A stretch of DNA of 64,000 nucleotides from Eledone cirrhosa. Lineage: Eukaryota. A model generated the notes under the pieces. That model worked only from the letters and a program-made list of their open reading frames with translations, made no database searches and had not been told where the DNA came from. Below, piece by piece: positions 22,800-37,499 of this stretch. The stretch spans positions 400,644,001 to 400,708,000 of the forward strand of contig OZ024741.1 in the NCBI GenBank assembly GCA_964016885.1, read 5' to 3'. Both the position numbers and the translations under genes were made by a program. Every line of letters starts with the position of its first letter. The stretch's first letter is position 1.

Positions 22800-25700
22800 G
22801 CTATTGAATTTGACAGTTTCAGGCTTCAAGATATGACCAGCTATTGAAGTTGACAGTGTTAGGGTGCAAGATATGACCAGCTATTGAAGTTGACAGTTTT
22901 AGCGTGCAAGATATGACCAGCTATTGACGTTGACAGTTTCAGGGTGCAAGATATGACCAGCTATTGAAGTTGACAGTTTTAGTGTGAAATATATGACCAG
23001 CTGTTGAAGTTGACAGTTTTAGCGTGCAAGATATGACCAGCTATTGAAGTTGACAGTTTCAGGGTGCAAGATATGACCAGCTATTGAAGTTAACAGTTTA
23101 GGGTGCAAGATATAACCAGCTATTGAAGTTGACAGGTTTAGGGTGCAAGATATGACCAGCTATTGAAGTTGACAGTTTTAGTGTGCAAGATATGACCAGC
23201 TATTGAAGTTGACAGTTTTAGAGTAAAGGATATGACCAGCTATTGAAGTTCACAGTTTTAGAATAAAGGATATGACCAGCTATTGAAGTTGACAAATTTA
23301 GGGTGCAAGATATAACCAGCTATTGAAGTTGACAGTTTCAGGGTGCAAGATATGACTACCTATTGAAGTTGACAGTTTTAGGGTGAAAGATATGACCATC
23401 TATTGAAGTTGACAGTTTTAGAGTAAAGGATATGACCAGTTATTGAAGTTGACATTTTAGTGGGAAAGATATGACCAGCTATTGAAGTTGACAGTTTTAG
23501 GGTGCAAGATATGACCATCTATTGAAGTTGACAGTTTTAGAGTAAAGGATATGACCAGCTATTGAAGTTGACATTTTAGTGGGAAAGATATGACGAGCTA
23601 TTGAAGTTGACAGTTTTAGGGTGCAAGATATGACCAGCTATTGAAGTTGACAGTTTTAGCGGGCAAGATATGACCAGCTATTGAATTTGACAGTTTCAGG
23701 CTTCAAGATATGACCAGCTATTGAAGTTGACAGTTTTAGGGTGCAAGATATGACCAGCTATTGAGGTTGACAGGTTTAGGGTGCAAGATATGACCAGCTA
23801 TTGAAGTTGACAGTTTTAGGGTGCAAGATATGACGAGCTATTGAAGTTGACAGTTTTAGGGTGCAAGATAACCAGCTATTGAAGTTGACCGTTTTAGTGT
23901 GAAAGATATGATCAACTATTGAAGTTGACAGATTTAGGGTGAAAGATATGACCAGCTATTGAAGTTGACAGTTTTAGAGTAAAGGATATGACCAGCTATT
24001 GAAGTTCACAGTTTTAGAATAAAGGATATGACCAGCTATTGAAGTTGACAGTTTTAGGGTGCAAGATATGACTAGCTATTGAAATTGACACTTTTAGGTG
24101 CAAGATATGACCATCTATTGAAGTTGACAGTTTTAGAGTAAAGGATATGACCAGCTATTGATGTTGACAGTTTTAGGGTGCAAGGTATGACCAGCTATTG
24201 AAGTTGACAGTTTTAGGGTGGAAGATATAACCAGCTATTGAAGTTGACAGGTTTAGGGTGCAAGATATGACCAGCTATTGAAGTTGACAGTTTTAGTGTG
24301 AAAGATATGACCAGCTATTGAAGTTGACAGTTTTAGGGTGGAAGATATGACCAGCTATTGAAGTTGACAGTTTTAGTGTGAAAGATATGACCAGCTATTG
24401 AAGTTGACAGTTTAAGGGTACAAGATATGACGAGCTATTGATTTTGTCAGTTTTAGGGTGCAAGATATGACCAGCTATTGAAGTTGACAGTTTTAGAATA
24501 AAGGATATGACCAGATATTGAAGTTGACAGTTTTAGGGTGCAAGATATGACTAGCTATTGAAGTTGACAGTTTTAGGGTGAAAGGTATGACCAGCTATTG
24601 AAGTTGACAGTATTAGGGTGCAAGATATAACCAGCTATTGAAGTTGACAGTTTCAGGGTGCAAGATATGACTAGCTATTGAAGTTGAGAGTTTTAGGGTG
24701 AAAGATATGACCATCTATTGAAGTTGACAGTTTTAGTGTAAAGGATATGACCAGCTATTGAAGTTGACAGTTTTAGTGGGAAAGATATGACGAGCTATTG
24801 AAGTTGACAGTTTTAGGGTGCAAGATATGAACAGCTATTGAAGTGGACAGTTTTAGGGTGCAAGATATGACGAGCTATTGAAGTTAAAAGTTTTAGGGTG
24901 AAAGATATGACCAGCTATTGAAGTTGACAGTTTTAGGGTGCATGATATGACCAGCTATTGAAGTTGACGGTTTTAGTGTGAAAGATATGTCGAGCTATTG
25001 AAGCTGACAGTTTTAGGGTGCAAGATATGACCAGCTATTGAAGTTGACAGTTTTAGTGTGAAAGATATGACCAGCTATTGAAGTGGACAGTTTTAGGGTG
25101 CAAGATATGACGAGCTATTGAAGTTGACAGATTTAGGGTGCAAGATATGACCAGCTATTGAAGTTGACAGTTTTTGGGTGCAACATAACCAGCTATTGAA
25201 GTTGACAGTTTTAGTGTGAAATATATGATCAGCTATTGAAGTTGACAGTTTTAGGGTGCAAGATATGACGAGCTATTGAAGTTGGCAGTTTTAGGGTGCA
25301 AGATATGATAATCTATTGAAGTTGACAGTTTTAGCGGGCAAGATATGACCAGCTATTGAAGTTGACAGTTTTAGCGGGCAAGATATGACCAGCTATTGAA
25401 TTTGACAGTTTCAGGCTTCAAGATATGACCAGCTATTGAAGTTGACAGTTTTAGGGTGCAAGATATGACCAGCTATTGAGGTTGACAGGTTTAGGGTGCA
25501 AGATATGACCAGCTATTGAAGTTGACAGTTTTAGGGAGCAAGATATGACGAGCTATTGAAGTGGACAGTTTTAGGGTGCAAGATAACCAGCTATTGAAGT
25601 TGACCGTTTTAGTGTGAAAGATATGATCAACTATTGAAGTTGACAGATTTAGGGTGAAAGATATGACCATCTATTGAAGTTGACAGTTTTAGAGTAAAGG

Positions 25701-28700
25701 ATATGACCAGCTATTGAAGTTCACAGTTTTAGAATAAAGGATATGACCAGCTATTGAAGTTGACAGTTTTAGGGTGCAAGATATGACTAGCTATTGAAAT
25801 TGACACTTTTAGGTGCAAGATATGACCATCTATTGAAGTTGACAGTTTTAGAGTAAAGGATATGACCAGCTATTGATGTTGACAGTTTTAGGGTGCAAGG
25901 TATGACCAGCTATTGAATTTGACAGTTTCAGGCTTCAAGATATGACCAGCTATTGAAGTTGACAGTGTTAGGGTGCAAGATATGACCAGCTATTGAAGTT
26001 GACAGTTTTAGCGTGCAAGATATGACCAGCTATTGACGTTGACAGTTTCAGGGTGCAAGATATGACCAGCTATTGAAGTTGACAGTTTTAGTGTGAAATA
26101 TATGACCAGCTGTTGAAGTTGACAGTTTTAGCGTGCAAGATATGACCAGCTATTGAAGTTGACAGTTTCAGGGTGCAAGATATGACCAGCTATTGAAGTT
26201 AACAGTTTAGGGTGCAAGATATAACCAGCTATTGAAGTTGACAGGTTTAGGGTGCAAGATATGACCAGCTATTGAAGTTGACAGTTTTAGTGTGCAAGAT
26301 ATGACCAGCTATTGAAGTTGACAGTTTTAGAGTAAAGGATATGACCAGCTATTGAAGTTCACAGTTTTAGAATAAAGGATATGACCAGCTATTGAAGTTG
26401 ACAAATTTAGGGTGCAAGATATAACCAGCTATTGAAGTTGACAGTTTCAGGGTGCAAGATATGACTACCTATTGAAGTTGACAGTTTTAGGGTGAAAGAT
26501 ATGACCATCTATTGAAGTTGACAGTTTTAGAGTAAAGGATATGACCAGTTATTGAAGTTGACATTTTAGTGGGAAAGATATGACCAGCTATTGAAGTTGA
26601 CAGTTTTAGGGTGCAAGATATGACCATCTATTGAAGTTGACAGTTTTAGAGTAAAGGATATGACCAGCTATTGAAGTTGACATTTTAGTGGGAAAGATAT
26701 GACGAGCTATTGAAGTTGACAGTTTTAGGGTGCAAGATATGACCAGCTATTGAAGTTGACAGTTTTAGCGGGCAAGATATGACCAGCTATTGAATTTGAC
26801 AGTTTCAGGCTTCAAGATATGACCAGCTATTGAAGTTGACAGTTTTAGGGTGCAAGATATGACCAGCTATTGAGGTTGACAGGTTTAGGGTGCAAGATAT
26901 GACCAGCTATTGAAGTTGACAGTTTTAGGGTGCAAGATATGACGAGCTATTGAAGTTGACAGTTTTAGGGTGCAAGATAACCAGCTATTGAAGTTGACCG
27001 TTTTAGTGTGAAAGATATGATCAACTATTGAAGTTGACAGATTTAGGGTGAAAGATATGACCAGCTATTGAAGTTGACAGTTTTAGAGTAAAGGATATGA
27101 CCAGCTATTGAAGTTCACAGTTTTAGAATAAAGGATATGACCAGCTATTGAAGTTGACAGTTTTAGGGTGCAAGATATGACTAGCTATTGAAATTGACAC
27201 TTTTAGGTGCAAGATATGACCATCTATTGAAGTTGACAGTTTTAGAGTAAAGGATATGACCAGCTATTGATGTTGACAGTTTTAGGGTGCAAGGTATGAC
27301 CAGCTATTGAAGTTGACAGTTTTAGGGTGGAAGATATAACCAGCTATTGAAGTTGACAGGTTTAGGGTGCAAGATATGACCAGCTATTGAAGTTGACAGT
27401 TTTAGTGTGAAAGATATGACCAGCTATTGAAGTTGACAGTTTTAGGGTGGAAGATATGACCAGCTATTGAAGTTGACAGTTTTAGTGTGAAAGATATGAC
27501 CAGCTATTGAAGTTGACAGTTTAAGGGTACAAGATATGACGAGCTATTGATTTTGTCAGTTTTAGGGTGCAAGATATGACCAGCTATTGAAGTTGACAGT
27601 TTTAGAATAAAGGATATGACCAGATATTGAAGTTGACAGTTTTAGGGTGCAAGATATGACTAGCTATTGAAGTTGACAGTTTTAGGGTGAAAGGTATGAC
27701 CAGCTATTGAAGTTGACAGTATTAGGGTGCAAGATATAACCAGCTATTGAAGTTGACAGTTTCAGGGTGCAAGATATGACTAGCTATTGAAGTTGAGAGT
27801 TTTAGGGTGAAAGATATGACCATCTATTGAAGTTGACAGTTTTAGTGTAAAGGATATGACCAGCTATTGAAGTTGACAGTTTTAGTGGGAAAGATATGAC
27901 GAGCTATTGAAGTTGACAGTTTTAGGGTGCAAGATATGAACAGCTATTGAAGTGGACAGTTTTAGGGTGCAAGATATGACGAGCTATTGAAGTTAAAAGT
28001 TTTAGGGTGAAAGATATGACCAGCTATTGAAGTTGACAGTTTTAGGGTGCATGATATGACCAGCTATTGAAGTTGACGGTTTTAGTGTGAAAGATATGTC
28101 GAGCTATTGAAGCTGACAGTTTTAGGGTGCAAGATATGACCAGCTATTGAAGTTGACAGTTTTAGTGTGAAAGATATGACCAGCTATTGAAGTGGACAGT
28201 TTTAGGGTGCAAGATATGACGAGCTATTGAAGTTGACAGATTTAGGGTGCAAGATATGACCAGCTATTGAAGTTGACAGTTTTTGGGTGCAACATAACCA
28301 GCTATTGAAGTTGACAGTTTTAGTGTGAAATATATGATCAGCTATTGAAGTTGACAGTTTTAGGGTGCAAGATATGACGAGCTATTGAAGTTGGCAGTTT
28401 TAGGGTGCAAGATATGATAATCTATTGAAGTTGACAGTTTTAGCGGGCAAGATATGACCAGCTATTGAAGTTGACAGTTTTAGCGGGCAAGATATGACCA
28501 GCTATTGAATTTGACAGTTTCAGGCTTCAAGATATGACCAGCTATTGAAGTTGACAGTTTTAGGGTGCAAGATATGACCAGCTATTGAGGTTGACAGGTT
28601 TAGGGTGCAAGATATGACCAGCTATTGAAGTTGACAGTTTTAGGGAGCAAGATATGACGAGCTATTGAAGTGGACAGTTTTAGGGTGCAAGATAACCAGC

Positions 28701-29026
28701 TATTGAAGTTGACCGTTTTAGTGTGAAAGATATGATCAACTATTGAAGTTGACAGATTTAGGGTGAAAGATATGACCATCTATTGAAGTTGACAGTTTTA
28801 GAGTAAAGGATATGACCAGCTATTGAAGTTCACAGTTTTAGAATAAAGGATATGACCAGCTATTGAAGTTGACAGTTTTAGGGTGCAAGATATGACTAGC
28901 TATTGAAATTGACACTTTTAGGTGCAAGATATGACCATCTATTGAAGTTGACAGTTTTAGAGTAAAGGATATGACCAGCTATTGATGTTGACAGTTTTAG
29001 GGTGCAAGGTATGACCAGCTATTGAA
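22800..29026 (+). repeat. Higher-order tandem duplication, period 3,109 bp (~78 monomers), containing a 1,715-bp (~43 monomer) sub-period
   Basis: Rare variants recur at +3109: ACAGTGTTAG 22853/25962; GACCGTTTT 23887/26996 and 25602/28711; ATTTTGTCAG 24441/27550. At +1715: 23887/25602 and 27550/29265. Confidence 0.9.
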
Positions 29027-30589
29027 GTTGACAGTTTTAGGGTGGAAGATATAACCAGCTATTGAAGTTGACAGGTTTAGGGTGCAAGATATGACCAGCT
29101 ATTGAAGTTGACAGTTTTAGTGTGAAAGATATGACCAGCTATTGAAGTTGACAGTTTTAGGGTGGAAGATATGACCAGCTATTGAAGTTGACAGTTTTAG
29201 TGTGAAAGATATGACCACCTATTGAAGTTGACAGTTTTAGGGTGCAAGATATGACGAGCTATTGATTTTGTCAGTTTTAGGGTGCAAGATATGACCAGCT
29301 ATTGAAGTTGACAGTTTTAGAATAAAGGATATGACCAGATATTGAAGTTGACAGTTTTAGGGTGCAAGATATGACTAGCTATTGAAGTTGACAGTTTTAG
29401 GGTGAAAGGTATGACCAGCTATTGAAGTTGACAGTATTAGGGTGCAAGATATAACCAGCTATTGAAGTTGACAGTTTCAGAGTGCAAGATATGACTAGCT
29501 ATTGAAGTTGAGAGTTTTAGGGTGAAAGATATGACCATCTATTGAAGTTGACAGTTTTAGTGTAAAGGATATGACCAGCTATTGAAGTTGACAGTTTTAG
29601 TGGGAAAGATATGACGAGCTATTGAAGTTGACAGTTTTAGGGTGCAAGATATGAACAGCTATTGAAGTGGACAGTTTTAGGGTGCAAGATATGACGAGCT
29701 ATTGAAGTTAACAGTTTTAGGGTGAAAGATATGACCAGCTATTGAAGTTGACAGTTTTAGGGTGCATGATATGACCAGCTATTGAAGTTGACGGTTTTAG
29801 TGTGAAAGATATGTCGAGCTATTGAAGCTGACAGTTTTAGGGTGCAAGATATGACCAGCTATTGAAGTTGACAGTTTTAGTGTGAAAGATATGACCAGCT
29901 ATTGAAGTGGACAGTTTTAGGGTGCAAGAAGAGACGAGCTATTGAAGTTGACAGATTTAGGGTGCAAGATATGACCAGCTATTGAAGTTGACAGTTTTTG
30001 GGTGCAAGATAACCAGCTATTGAAGTTGACAGTTTTAGTGTGAAATATATGATCAGCTATTGAAGTTGACAGTTTTAGGGTGCAAGATATGACGAGCTAT
30101 TGAAGTTGGCAGTTTTAGGGTGCAAGATATGATAATCTATTGAAGTTGACAGTTTTAGCGGGCAAGATATGACCAGCTATTGAATTTGACAGTTTCAGGC
30201 TTCAAGATATGACCAGCTATTGAAGTTGACAGTTTTAGTGTGCAAGATATGACCAGCTATTGAAGTTGACAGTTTTAGCGTGCAAGATATGACCAGCTAT
30301 TGAAGTTGACAGTTTCAGGGTGCAAGATATGACCAGCTATTGAAGTTGACAGTTTTAGTGTGAAATATATGACCAGCTGTTGAAGTTGACAGTTTTAGCG
30401 TGCAAGATATGACCAGCTATTGAAGTTGACAGTTTCAGGGTGCAAGATATGACCAGCTATTGAAGTTAACAGTTTAGGGTGCAAGATATAACCAGCTATT
30501 GAAGTTGACAGGTTTAGGGTGCAAGATATGACCAGCTATTGAAGTTGACAGTTTTAGTGTGAAAGATATGACCAGCTATTGAAGTTGAC

Positions 30590-33500
30590 AGTTTTAGGGT
30601 GGAAGATATGACCAGCTATTGAAGTTGACAGTTTTAGTGTGAAAGATATGACCAGCTATTTAAGTTGACAGTTTTAGGGTGCAAGATATGACCACGTATG
30701 GAAGTTGACCGTTTTAGAGTGCAAGATATGACCAGCTATTGAAGTTCACAGTTTTAGAATAAAGGATATGACCAGCTATTGAAGTTGACAAATTTAGGGT
30801 GCAAAATATAACCAGCTATTGAAGTTGACAGTTTCAGGGTGAAAGATATGACCATCTATTGAAGTTGACAGTTTTAGAGTAAAGGATATGACCAGCTATT
30901 GAAGTTGACATTTTAGTGGGAAAGATATGACGAGCTATTGAAGTTGACAGTTTTATGGTGCAAGATATGACCAGCTATTAAAGTTGACAGTTTTAGTGTG
31001 AAAGATATGACCAGCTATTGAAGTGGACAGTTTTAGGGTGCAAGATATGACGAGCTATTGAAGTTGACAATTTTAGGGTGCAAGATATGACAATCTTTTG
31101 AAGTTGACAGTTTTAGCGGGCAAGATTTGACCAGCTATTGAATTTGACAGTTTCAAGCTTCAAGATATGACCAGCTATTGAAGTTGACAGTTTAGGGTGC
31201 AAGATATAACCAGCTATTGAAGTTGACAGGTTTAGGGTGCAAGATATGACCAGCTATTGAAGTTGACAGTTTTAGTGTGAAAGATATGACCACCTATTGA
31301 ATTTGACAGTTTTAGGGTGGAAGATATGACCAGCTATTGAAGTTGAGAGTTTTAGGGTGCAAGATATGAACAGCTATTGAAGTGGACAGTTTTAGGGTGC
31401 AAGATATGACCAGCTATTGAAGTGGACAGTTTTAGGGTGCAAGATATGACCAGCTATTGAAGTTGACAGTTTTATGGTGCAAGATATGACGAGCTATTGA
31501 AGTTGACAGTTTTAGGGTGCAAGATATGACAATCTATTGAAGTTGACAGTTTTAGCGGGCAAGATATGACCAGCTATTGAATTTGACAGTTTCAGGCTTC
31601 AAGATATGACCAGCTATTGAAGTTGACAGTTTTAGGGTGCAAGATATGACCAGCTATTGAGGTTGACAGGTTTAGGGTGCAAGATATGGCCAGCTATTGA
31701 AGTTGACAGTTTTAGGGTGCAAGATATGACCAGCTATTGAAGTTGACAGTTTTAGCGTGCAAGATATGACCAGCTATTGAAGTTGACAGTTTCAGGGTGC
31801 AAGATATGACCAGCTATTGAAGTTAACAGTTTTAGTGTGAAATATATGACCAGCTATTGAAGTTGACAGTTTTAGCGTGCAAGATATGACCAGCTATTGA
31901 AGTTGACAGTTTCAGGGTGCAAGATATGACCAGCTATTGAAGTTAACAGTTTAGGGTGCAAGATATGACCAGCTATTGAAGTTGACAGTTTTAGTGTGAA
32001 AGATATGACCAGCTATTGAAGTTGACAGTTTTAGGGTGGAAGATATGACCAGCTATTGAAGTTGACAGTTTTAGCGTGCAAGATATGAACAGCTATTGAA
32101 GTTGACAGTTTCAGGGTGCAAGATATGACCAGCTATTGAAGTTGACAGTTTTAGTGTGAAATATATGACCAGCTGTTGAAGTTGACAGTTTTAGCGTGCA
32201 AGATATGACCAGCTATTGAAGTTGACAGTTTCAGGGTGCAAGATATGACCAGCTATTGAAGTTAACAGTTTAGGGTGCAAGATATAACCAGCTATTGAAG
32301 TTGACAGGTTTAGGGTGCAAGATATGACCAGCTATTGAAGTTGACAGTTTTAGTGTGAAAGATATGACCAGCTATTGAAGTTGACAGTTTTAGGGTGGAA
32401 GATATGACCAGCTATTGAAGTTGACAGTTTTAGTGTGAAAGATATGACCAGCTATTTAAGTTGACAGTTTTAGGGTGCAAGATATGACGAGCTATTGAAG
32501 TTGACAGTTTTAGAGTAAAGGATATGACCAGCTATTGAAGTTCACAGTTTTAGAATAAAGGATATGACCAGCTATTGAAGTTGACAGTTTTAGGGTGCAA
32601 GATATGACTAGCTATTGAAGTTGACAGTTTCAGGGTGCAAGATATGACCAGCTATTGAAGTTGACAGTTTTAGAGTAAAGGATATGACCAGCTATTGAAG
32701 TTCACAGTTTTAGAATAAAGGATATGACCAGCTATTAAAGTTGACAAATTTAGGGTGCAAGATATAACCAGCTATTGAAGTTGACAGTTTCAGGGTGAAA
32801 GATATGACCATCTATTGAAGTTGACAGTTTTAGAGTAAAGGATATGACCAGCTATTGAAGTTGACATTTTAGTGGGAAAGATATGACGAGCTATTGAAGT
32901 TGACAGTTTTAGGGTGCAAGATATGACCAGCTATTGAAGTTGACAGTTTTAGTGTGAAAGATATGACCAGCTATTGAAGTGGACAGTTTTAGGGTGGAAG
33001 ATATGACCAGCTATTGAAGTTGACAGTTTTAGTGTGAAAGATATGACCAGCTATTTAAGTTGACAGTTTTAGGGTGCAAGATATGACCACGTATGGAAGT
33101 TGACCGTTTTAGAGTGCAAGATATGACCAGCTATTGAAGTTCACAGTTTTAGAATAAAGGATATGACCAGCTATTGAAGTTGACAAATTTAGGGTGCAAA
33201 ATATAACCAGCTATTGAAGTTGACAGTTTCAGGGTGAAAGATATGACCATCTATTGAAGTTGACAGTTTTAGAGTAAAGGATATGACCAGCTATTGAAGT
33301 TGACATTTTAGTGGGAAAGATATGACGAGCTATTGAAGTTGACAGTTTTATGGTGCAAGATATGACCAGCTATTAAAGTTGACAGTTTTAGTGTGAAAGA
33401 TATGACCAGCTATTGAAGTGGACAGTTCTAGGGTGCAAGATATGACGAGCTATTGAAGTTGACAGTTTTAGGGTGCAAGATATGACAATCTTTTGAAGTT

Positions 33501-35700
33501 GACAGTTTTAGCGGGCAAGATTTGACCAGCTATTGAATTTGACAGTTTCAGGCTTCAAGATATGACCAGCTATTGAAGTTGACAGTTTAGGGTGCAAGAT
33601 ATAACCAGCTATTGAAGTTGACAGGTTTAGGGTGCAAGATATGACCAGCTATTGAAGTTGACAGTTTTAGTGTGAAAGATATGACCACCTATTGAATTTG
33701 ACAGTTTTAGGGTGGAAGATATGACCAGCTATTGAAGTTGAGAGTTTTAGGGTGCAAGATATGAACAGCTATTGAAGTGGACAGTTTTAGGGTGCAAGAT
33801 ATGACCAGCTATTGAAGTGGACAGTTTTAGGGTGCAAGATATGACCAGCTATTGAAGTTGACAGTTTTATGGTGCAAGATATGACGAGCTATTGAAGTTG
33901 ACAGTTTTAGGGTGCAAGATATGACAATCTATTGAAGTTGACAGTTTTAGCGGGCAAGATATGACCAGCTATTGAATTTGACAGTTTCAGGCTTCAAGAT
34001 ATGACCAGCTATTGAAGTTGACAGTTTTAGGGTGCAAGATATGACCAGCTATTGAGGTTGACAGGTTTAGGGTGCAAGATATGGCCAGCTATTGAAGTTG
34101 ACAGTTTTAGGGTGCAAGATATGACCAGCTATTGAAGTTGACAGTTTTAGCGTGCAAGATATGACCAGCTATTGAAGTTGACAGTTTCAGGGTGCAAGAT
34201 ATGACCAGCTATTGAAGTTAACAGTTTTAGTGTGAAATATATGACCAGCTATTGAAGTTGACAGTTTTAGCGTGCAAGATATGACCAGCTATTGAAGTTG
34301 ACAGTTTCAGGGTGCAAGATATGACCAGCTATTGAAGTTAACAGTTTAGGGTGCAAGATATGACCAGCTATTGAAGTTGACAGTTTTAGTGTGAAAGATA
34401 TGACCAGCTATTGAAGTTGACAGTTTTAGGGTGGAAGATATGACCAGCTATTGAAGTTGACAGTTTTAGCGTGCAAGATATGAACAGCTATTGAAGTTGA
34501 CAGTTTCAGGGTGCAAGATATGACCAGCTATTGAAGTTGACAGTTTTAGTGTGAAATATATGACCAGCTGTTGAAGTTGACAGTTTTAGCGTGCAAGATA
34601 TGACCAGCTATTGAAGTTGACAGTTTCAGGGTGCAAGATATGACCAGCTATTGAAGTTGACAGTTTAGGGTGCAAGATATAACCAGCTATTGAAGTTGAC
34701 AGGTTTAGGGTGCAAGATATGACCAGCTATTGAAGTTGACAGTTTTAGTGTGAAAGATATGACCACCTATTGAATTTGACAGTTTTAGGGTGGAAGATAT
34801 GACCAGCTATTGAAGTTGAGAGTTTTAGGGTGCAAGATATGAACAGCTATTGAAGTGGACAGTTTTAGGGTGCAAGATATGACCAGCTATTGAAGTGGAC
34901 AGTTTTAGGGTGCAAGATATGACCAGCTATTGAAGTTGACAGTTTTATGGTGCAAGATATGACGAGCTATTGAAGTTGACAGTTTTAGGGTGCAAGATAT
35001 GACAATCTATTGAAGTTGACAGTTTTAGCGGGCAAGATATGACCAGCTATTGAATTTGACAGTTTCAGGCTTCAAGATATGACCAGCTATTGAAGTTGAC
35101 AGTTTTAGGGTGCAAGATATGACCAGCTATTGAGGTTGACAGGTTTAGGGTGCAAGATATGGCCAGCTATTGAAGTTGACAGTTTTAGGGTGCAAGATAT
35201 GACCAGCTATTGAAGTTGACAGTTTTAGCGTGCAAGATATGACCAGCTATTGAAGTTGACAGTTTCAGGGTGCAAGATATGACCAGCTATTGAAGTTAAC
35301 AGTTTTAGTGTGAAATATATGACCAGCTATTGAAGTTGACAGTTTTAGCGTGCAAGATATGACCAGCTATTGAAGTTGACAGTTTCAGGGTGCAAGATAT
35401 GACCAGCTATTGAAGTTAACAGTTTAGGGTGCAAGATATGACCAGCTATTGAAGTTGACAGTTTTAGTGTGAAAGATATGACCAGCTATTGAAGTTGACA
35501 GTTTTAGGGTGGAAGATATGACCAGCTATTGAAGTTGACAGTTTTAGCGTGCAAGATATGAACAGCTATTGAAGTTGACAGTTTCAGGGTGCAAGATATG
35601 ACCAGCTATTGAAGTTGACAGTTTTAGTGTGAAATATATGACCAGCTGTTGAAGTTGACAGTTTTAGCGTGCAAGATATGACCAGCTATTGAAGTTGACA
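30590..35700 (+). repeat. Higher-order duplications, periods 2,395 bp (~60 monomers) and 1,078 bp (~27 monomers)
   Basis: ACCACGTATGG at 30691/33086; GACCACCTATTGAATTT at 31288/33683/34761. Boundaries approximate. Confidence 0.85.
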
Positions 35701-37499
35701 GTTTCAGGGTGCAAGATATGACCAGCTATTGAAGTTAACAGTTTAGGGTGCAAGATATAACCAGCTATTGAAGTTGACAGGTTTAGGGTGCAAGATATGA
35801 CCAGCTATTGAAGTTGACAGTTTTAGTGTGAAAGATATGACCAGCTATTGAAGTTGACAGTTTTAGGGTGGAAGATATGACCAGCTATTGAAGTTGACAG
35901 TTTTAGTGTGAAAGATATGACCAGCTATTTAAGTTGACAGTTTTAGGGTGCAAGATATGACGAGCTATTGAAGTTGACAGTTTTAGAGTAAAGGATATGA
36001 CCAGCTATTGAAGTTCACAGTTTTAGAATAAAGGATATGACCAGCTATTGAAGTTGACAGTTTTAGGGTGCAAGATATGACTAGCTATTGAAGTTGACAG
36101 TTTCAGGGTGCAAGATATGACCAGCTATTGAAGTTGACAGTTTTAGAGTAAAGGATATGACCAGCTATTGAAGTTCACAGTTTTAGAATAAAGGATATGA
36201 CCAGCTATTAAAGTTGACAAATTTAGGGTGCAAGATATAACCAGCTATTGAAGTTGACAGTTTCAGGGTGAAAGATATGACCATCTATTGAAGTTGACAG
36301 TTTTAGAGTAAAGGATATGACCAGCTATTGAAGTTGACATTTTAGTGGGAAAGATATGACGAGCTATTGAAGTTGACAGTTTTAGGGTGCAAGATATGAC
36401 CAGCTATTGAAGTTGACAGTTTTAGTGTGAAAGATATGACCAGCTATTGAAGTGGACAGTTTTAGGGTGCAAGATATGACGAGCTATTGAAGTTGACAGT
36501 TTTAGGGTGCAAGATATGACAATCTTTTGAAGTTGACAGTTTTAGCGGGCAAGATATGACCAGCTATTGAATTTGACAGTTTCAGGCTTCAAGATATGAC
36601 CAGCTATTGAAGTCGACAGTTTAGGGTGCAAGATATAACCAGCTATTGAAGTTGACAGGTTTAGGGTGCAAGATATGACCAGCTATTGAGGTTGACAGTT
36701 TTAGTGTGAAAGATATGACCAGCTATTGAATTTGACAGTTTTAGGGTGGAAGATATGACCAGCTATTGAAGTTGAGAGTTTTAGGGTGCAAGATATGAAC
36801 AGCTATTGAAGTGGACAGTTTTAGGGTGCAAGATATGACCAGCTATTGAGGTTGACAGGTTTAGGGTGCAAGATATGGCCAGCTATTGAAGTTGACAGTT
36901 TTAGGGTGCAAGATATGACCAGCTATTGAAGTTGACAGTTTTATGGTGCAAGATATGACGAGCTATTGAAGTTGACAGTTTTAGGGTGCAAGATATGACA
37001 ATCTATTGAAGATGACAGTTTTAGCGGGCAAGATATGACCAGCTATTGAATTTGACAGTTTCAGGCTTCAAGATATGACCAGCTATTGAAGTTGACAGTT
37101 TTAGGGTGCAAGGTATGACCAGCTATTGAGGTTGACAGGTTTAGGGTGCAAGATATGGCCAGCTATTGAAGTTGACAGTTTTAGGGTGCAAGATATGACC
37201 AGCTATTGAAGTTGACAGTTTTAGCGTGCAAGATATGACCAGCTATTGAAGTTGACAGTTTCAGGGTGCAAGATATGACCAGCTATTGAAGTTAACAGTT
37301 TTAGTGTGAAATATATGACCAGCTATTGAAGTTGACAGTTTTAGCGTGCAAGATATGACCAGCTATTGAAGTTGACAGTTTCACGGTGCAAGATATGACC
37401 AGCTATTGAAGTTAACAGTTTAGGGTGCAAGATATGACCAGCTATTGAAGTTGACAGTTTTAGTGTGAAAGATATGACCAGCTATTGAAGTTGACAGTT